Assembly: GCF_020745735.1 (NCBI RefSeq)
Contig: NC_083415.1
Location: 59,882,964-59,946,963, forward strand
Direction: 5' to 3'
DNA: 64,000 nt
DNA from: Hemiscyllium ocellatum
Taxonomy: Eukaryota
The notes under the pieces were generated by a model. It had not been told where the DNA came from. It worked only from the letters and a program-made list of their open reading frames with translations, and made no database searches. Positions 58,936 to 64,000 of the stretch are shown here, piece by piece. How positions within the stretch are numbered: position 1 is the stretch's first letter; each line of letters begins with the position of its first letter. The translations under genes were made by a program, and so were the position numbers.

Positions 58936-59134
58936 CTTCGAAGAGAAAGTGAGGACTGCAGATGCTGGAGATCAGAGCTGAAAATGTGTTGCTGGAAAAG
59001 CTCAGCAGGTCAGGCAGCATCGAAACAACAGGAGATTCGACGTTTCGGGCATAAACCCTTCTTCAGGAAGGGCTTATTCCTGAAGAAGGGCTTATGCCTG
59101 AAACGTCAAATCTCCTGTTCCTTGGATGTTGCCT
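58936..59134. mobile_element. 199-bp fold-back Penelope family 1 insertion with two head-to-head hammerheads (59035-59069 minus, 59076-59111 plus)
   Basis: 14-bp TSD gagttagtgaaact 58922-58935 / 59135-59148; both motifs keep CUGAAGA and GAAACGUC. Confidence 0.88.
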
Positions 59135-59844
59135 GAGTTAGTGAAACTGTCAGTTTCTGAAAGGAATTGATCTGACAGGCTTGGTAAATGTGTCACAGTG
59201 CTATGATTGCTAATCTGGGACAGTAAAAGGGTAAAATGGCTTTCTATTCTGCAACATTAGCAGTGACGCAGATGTCCTTAACTTCCTGTTCTTAAAAAAA
59301 GAGGAAGAATAGCTGCTGTTGCTGTCATTGATTCATGAGGTGAACAGTGTCACTGCTGAAATGTTGGTTAATATTTAATCTGTATCTGAAGTGTTGGTGT
59401 GATATTCACTTGTGTCTTTATAAATCATCATTATTTAGCTCCTTTCCTCATGAATATAGGGTCCAGTTGGAAAGAGGATTTTTGAGCTATTTTAAATAAG
59501 GAACAAACATTTATTAAAGTGGCTCCATCCGGGGTGTCACAGAGCACTCCATGCCCAAAGATGTACTTCAAGAGTGGAGTCATTGTTGTAATGCAGGAAG
59601 CATAACAGTACAAGGCTCCACCAACAGCTGTGAGATAAATGATTTTGAATAGTAATTTGGCACAGATATTGTCCAGGGCAGTGTTGCAATCTCCTGTATT
59701 CTTGATGAAAAATTACATAGGAATTTTTTTTAATATCCACTTGGTCAGATTGGATACTCAAATCTGGCATCTATTACAGTGCAATAGTCCCTCAGTGCTA
59801 CACCAGGAGTCTGTGTTTCCTTTTAAACAGGGTATTTGTAAGAT

Positions 59845-60495
59845 GGTATGCAGTTAATTACAGTGGATGTCTAGAGAGACTTAGGGCGTTCAGGTGTATA
59901 GATATTTAAAATGTGCAGAAAATAATCAAGAAGTCTAATGGAATGCTGGTGTAGAGAATTGGTGTGTGAGAGCACAGGTTATGCTGCAGCTATACAAAAC
60001 CCTGATTAGAGTCCTCTTGGAGAACTGAGAGAAAATCTGGGCATCACACCTTAAGGATATACTAGACTTGGAAACAGTGCAAAGTAGGTTTACAATAATA
60101 TCTCAACTTCAGTGGCTATGAGGCATGTTTTATCTGGAATTTAGAAGGTTAAGGAGTGATTCGATCAAAGTCTTCAACATATTAACAAGAAACGATAGGG
60201 TAGATAAAGATAAATTATTTCCACTGGTTGGACATAGTCTGAGAATTAGGACCAGACTAACATCCGGAAGAGATGTTACTTCGGAAGCACTTCTGCAGAC
60301 ACAGGCACACGCACCTCTCCACAAGTGGCAGTGGACGTTGGATCAGTTGTTAATTTTAATTCTGAGATGGATAAAGTTTTGTTAAGCAAATGGGTATGGA
60401 CCTAAGGCAGGTATGTGGAGTTAAATCAGAGATCAACCATACTCGTTGAATGATGGAACAGGCTTGAGGGGCTGCAGAGTCTACTCATGTTCCTA
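59845..60495 (+). mobile_element. Degenerate CR1 3' fragment
   Basis: LEFRRLRSDSIKVFNIL...DRVDKDKLFPLVG. Confidence 0.7.
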
Positions 60496-61114
60496 AATGT
60501 TATTGGGTCAATGTCTTCAATGCGCATATCTTTAAACCTTCCTCAATGAATTGTGGCTGACATACCTATAGACGGGACAAACCTTTCTGTGGTATGTAGG
60601 TTGCTGTGTGTCCCCAAAGGCAGATTGCTGTCAGCAGCAATTTAGCAGTCTCATTAGCTTGTCTTTGAATTGCAACTCTATACAAACTGGTAGTGGTGTT
60701 TTGTCACTACATCTCTGTGGAGCCTTTGCAGTTGAGAGGAATGGTTTACTCATGATGCCCAAGTTGCGGTTTGTCATTTGCACTCATTCTCCTTGCAGTA
60801 GATATTCCTGTGTTTTAATATTGCTATAAACATCTATGTACGGACAAATCTTGTACTTGTTCAACACACTCAATTCCAAATCAGTGAGGTTTATTATAGT
60901 TAATTTACAGAGTCTGAGGTACTTTAGTGACATTCACTTTAACATTGTTGTAGTTTAGAGGTATGAATCGTGATGGTAGCACCTCTAATGTTCTTTCCAT
61001 CACATGACCTGCTCTTAAGGTCTGACATTAGTTATTGACAGGCACATGCTTCTAACACAGTCTGTTTGACTGTGTTGTGAATGCACATTCCTTGACCATC
61101 GAATTCTTGTGTGA

Positions 61115-61415
61115 GAACTCCCAAGTTCAAAACTAGAGGGCATAATTTTAAGGTGAGAGGAGAAAGATTTCAAAGGGACCTGAGGGGCAACCTGTTCAAA
61201 CACAGGCTGGTCGTATGTGGAATGAACAGTCAGAGGAAGTGGTGGATGCAGGTACAATTACAACCTTTTAAAAGAAATTCTGACATGTACATGAAAATGA
61301 AAGATTTACAGGGATATGGGTCAAACACAGGCAAATGGGGCCAGTTTGGTGAGGGAAGCCTGGTTAGCATGGACGAGTCGAACCGATGGATCTGTTTCTG
61401 TGCTTTAAGACTCAA
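61115..61415 (+). mobile_element. CR1 3' fragment
   Basis: KTRGHNFKVRGERFQRDLRGNLF. Confidence 0.8.
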
Positions 61416-61964
61416 CTCTGGCCTGGCAGGGATGTAACCCAATATGTCAGAAGATTCCGGTTCTCACGTGTACAGAAGAACTCATAACTGGCCCTGAAAG
61501 GGTATTGTCAGTGGCCTTTGCTATTGCCATCATCAGTTCATTATTATGAGCCTTTTTTATTCATCAGTTAGGAGTAACATCACAATAGCTTGGAGTTCAG
61601 ACCTTGTATCTTTAACATGACAGCTGACACAGAATTCAGTGACCTATTATATTCAATTCTGAGTGAATGTTGTGGTTTTGGGAAGAGACATTTGTGGCTA
61701 GGCATTGCCTATCTCATCCAAGATTCTTATTTTAGTCAATAGCATATGTAACTAGTCAATGATTATAACAGAATGAATATATATTGTAATTGGCTATGCC
61801 ATTGTCCAAAACCACAGAGGTTTTATTGGATTCAATTAGGATAAATTAGAAAGGTCACTGATCAGAAAGAGTTTAAATGAGGTTGAATCAGATTTTTTAA
61901 AATCTTGGTGTTTTTTTTTCCCAAAATGAGCTTCTTGGCTTATATCAACACTGTCATTAAGATC

Positions 61965-62470
61965 AGCCTTTGTTATTCCTAGACTTGACTATTCCAATGC
62001 ACTCTGATTGGCCTTTCTCAAATCTTATTGTTATCAAAACTCCCTTGCTTGTGTTCTTACTATCACCTAGTCCCAATCTGCTATTGTCCCTATGTATGCC
62101 GATCTACGTTGGATCCTGGTTCAGGGACAACTCTGTTTTAAAGCTGTTGTCCTTGTTTACAAATCCTCCTCGCCCCTCCCTTTCTCTGTAATCTTCTCAG
62201 CTGCAGAACACTCCCACATTATCTGTGCTCCTCCAATTCTGACCTCTTGACCGTCCCCAATTTAAATGGTTCCACCATCGGTTTCTGTTACTTCAGATAC
62301 GCAGGTTCTAAGCTCTGTAGTTAACTCCCTAACTTTCTCTGTCTCACTCACACTCTTCCTTTATGACGTTCCTTTAAACTATCTATTTTGACAAAGACTT
62401 TGGTTAGTGTCCTAAAACTGTCATATGGGGCTACGTGTCAAATTTTAATTTATAATGCTTCTGTTAAGTA
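61965..62470 (+). mobile_element. Degenerate L2-type LINE 3' fragment
   Basis: agacttgactattccaatgcactc (RLDYSNAL-type), ctgtgctcctccaattctgacctcttg, typical L2 3' end. Confidence 0.6.
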
Positions 62471-62602
62471 GTTGCTTGATTATCCCAAGCACACGGGCGG
62501 GCAGTATTTTGTTCGGTTAATCGAATTCCGGATAATCGAATGCCAGATGACATCATCTAGCCAAGAATCGGGACTTTGCAGTCTTCCTGGATAATCAAAT
62601 GC

Positions 62603-63805
62603 CATAGAGTCATAGAGATGTACAGCACAGAAAGAGACCCTTCGGTCCAACTCATCCATGCCAACCAGTTATCCCAACTCAACCTAGTCCCACTTGCCAG
62701 CACCCGGCCCATATCCCTGAAAACCCTTCCTATTCCTATACTCATCCAGATGCCTTTTAAATGCTGTAATTGTACAAGCCTCCACCATTTCGTCTGGCAG
62801 CTCATTCCATATACGTACCACCCTCTGTGAGAAAATGTTGCCCTTTAGGTCTCTCTTTTTTTTTTAATCTTTCCCCTCTCACCCTAAACCTATGCCTTCT
62901 AGTTCGGGACTCTCCTACCCTAGAGAAAAGACTTTGTCTCTTTATCCTATCCATGTCCCTCATAATTTTGTAAACCTCTATAAGGTCACCCCTCAGCCTC
63001 GACGCTCCAGGGAAAACATCCCCAGCCTGTTCAGCCTCTCCCTGTAGCTCAAATCCTCCAACCCCGGCAACATCCTTGTAAATCCTTTCTGAACCCTTTC
63101 ATGTTTCACAACATCTTTCCAATAGGAAGGAGACCAGAATTGCATGCAATATTTCAACAGTGGTTTAACCAATGTCCTGTACAGCCACAACATGATCTCT
63201 CAATGCCTATACTCAAAACTCTGACCAATAAAGGGAAGCGTACAAAACGCTGCCTTCATTATCTTATCCACCTGCCACCCTACTTTCAAGGAGCTATGAA
63301 CCTGCACTTCAAAGTCTCTTTGTTCAGCAACACTCCCTAGGTCCTTACCATTAAGTGTTTAAGTCCTGCTAAGATTTACTTTCCCAAAATTCACTACCTC
63401 TCATTTATCTAAATTTAAACTCCATCTGCCACTCCTCAGCCCATTGGCCCATCTGGTCAAGATCCTGTTGTACTCTGAGGTAACCTTATTTGCTGTCCAC
63501 TACACCTCCAATTTTGGTGTCATCTACAAACTTATTAACTATACCTCTTATGCTCACGTCCAAATTATTTATATAAATGACGGAAAGAGGTGGACCCATC
63601 ACTGATCCTTTTGGCGCTCCACTGGTCACAGGCCTCGTCTGAAAAACCGCCCTCCCCCACCACCTACTTTGAGCCAGTTCTGTATCCAAATGGTGAGTTT
63701 TCCTTGCATTCCATGAGATCTAAGCTTGCTAACAAGTGTCCCATGAGGAATCTTGTCGAACGCCTTACTGAAGTCCATATAGATCACTTCCAACGCTCTG
63801 CCCTC
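62603..63805 (-). mobile_element. CR1 LINE 3' part (family A)
   Basis: GAPKGSVMGPPL...KFVDDTKIGG, LYRTLVKPLLKYCMQFW, family A 3' UTR. Confidence 0.9.
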
Positions 63806-64000
63806 ATTCCTCTGTACCTTGGGAGGTTTTAGTTTGCTTAAGGCACTGTGTAAATGTAATTTGTTATTGGAGGATAATGTTTATACATCATGTTGTCATG
63901 TGGGACATACTGTCTGAAAAAGCAGTGGGAATGGGGAGATCCTAGAATAATAACATGCACAGTAGGATTGGATAAATACTTGAAGGGAAAGAATTTGTAA

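Overview
Eukaryotic (vertebrate) genomic DNA, not prokaryotic. The repeat content (HE1 SINEs, SacSINE1/Deu-type SINEs, many CR1 LINEs, Penelope-like elements) points to an elasmobranch, probably a carpet/bamboo shark (inference). Genes: (1) an intact single-coding-exon PDP1-like mitochondrial pyruvate dehydrogenase phosphatase on the minus strand (1318-2922), with its probable non-coding first exon ~17 kb away at ~20.1-20.3 kb; (2) the complete 13-exon NFS1 cysteine desulfurase on the plus strand (21122-46193, 446 aa), head-to-head with the PDP1-like gene across a CpG island that holds a six-unit CCAAT+GC-box array; (3) a second CpG-island promoter and first exon at ~54.3-54.6 kb, possibly RBM12/CPNE1 by synteny. 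The rest is mostly nested retroelements. Most notable: at least four families of Penelope-derived elements carry minimal hammerhead-ribozyme motifs, many as 100-260 bp non-coding, often fold-back insertions with 7-15 bp TSDs. There is also a seemingly perfect 394-bp-arm palindrome, a solo LTR, a Penelope insertion that duplicated an NFS1 branch point, and G-quadruplex minisatellites just downstream of two first exons. All coordinates were counted by hand; repeat boundaries without TSDs are approximate.
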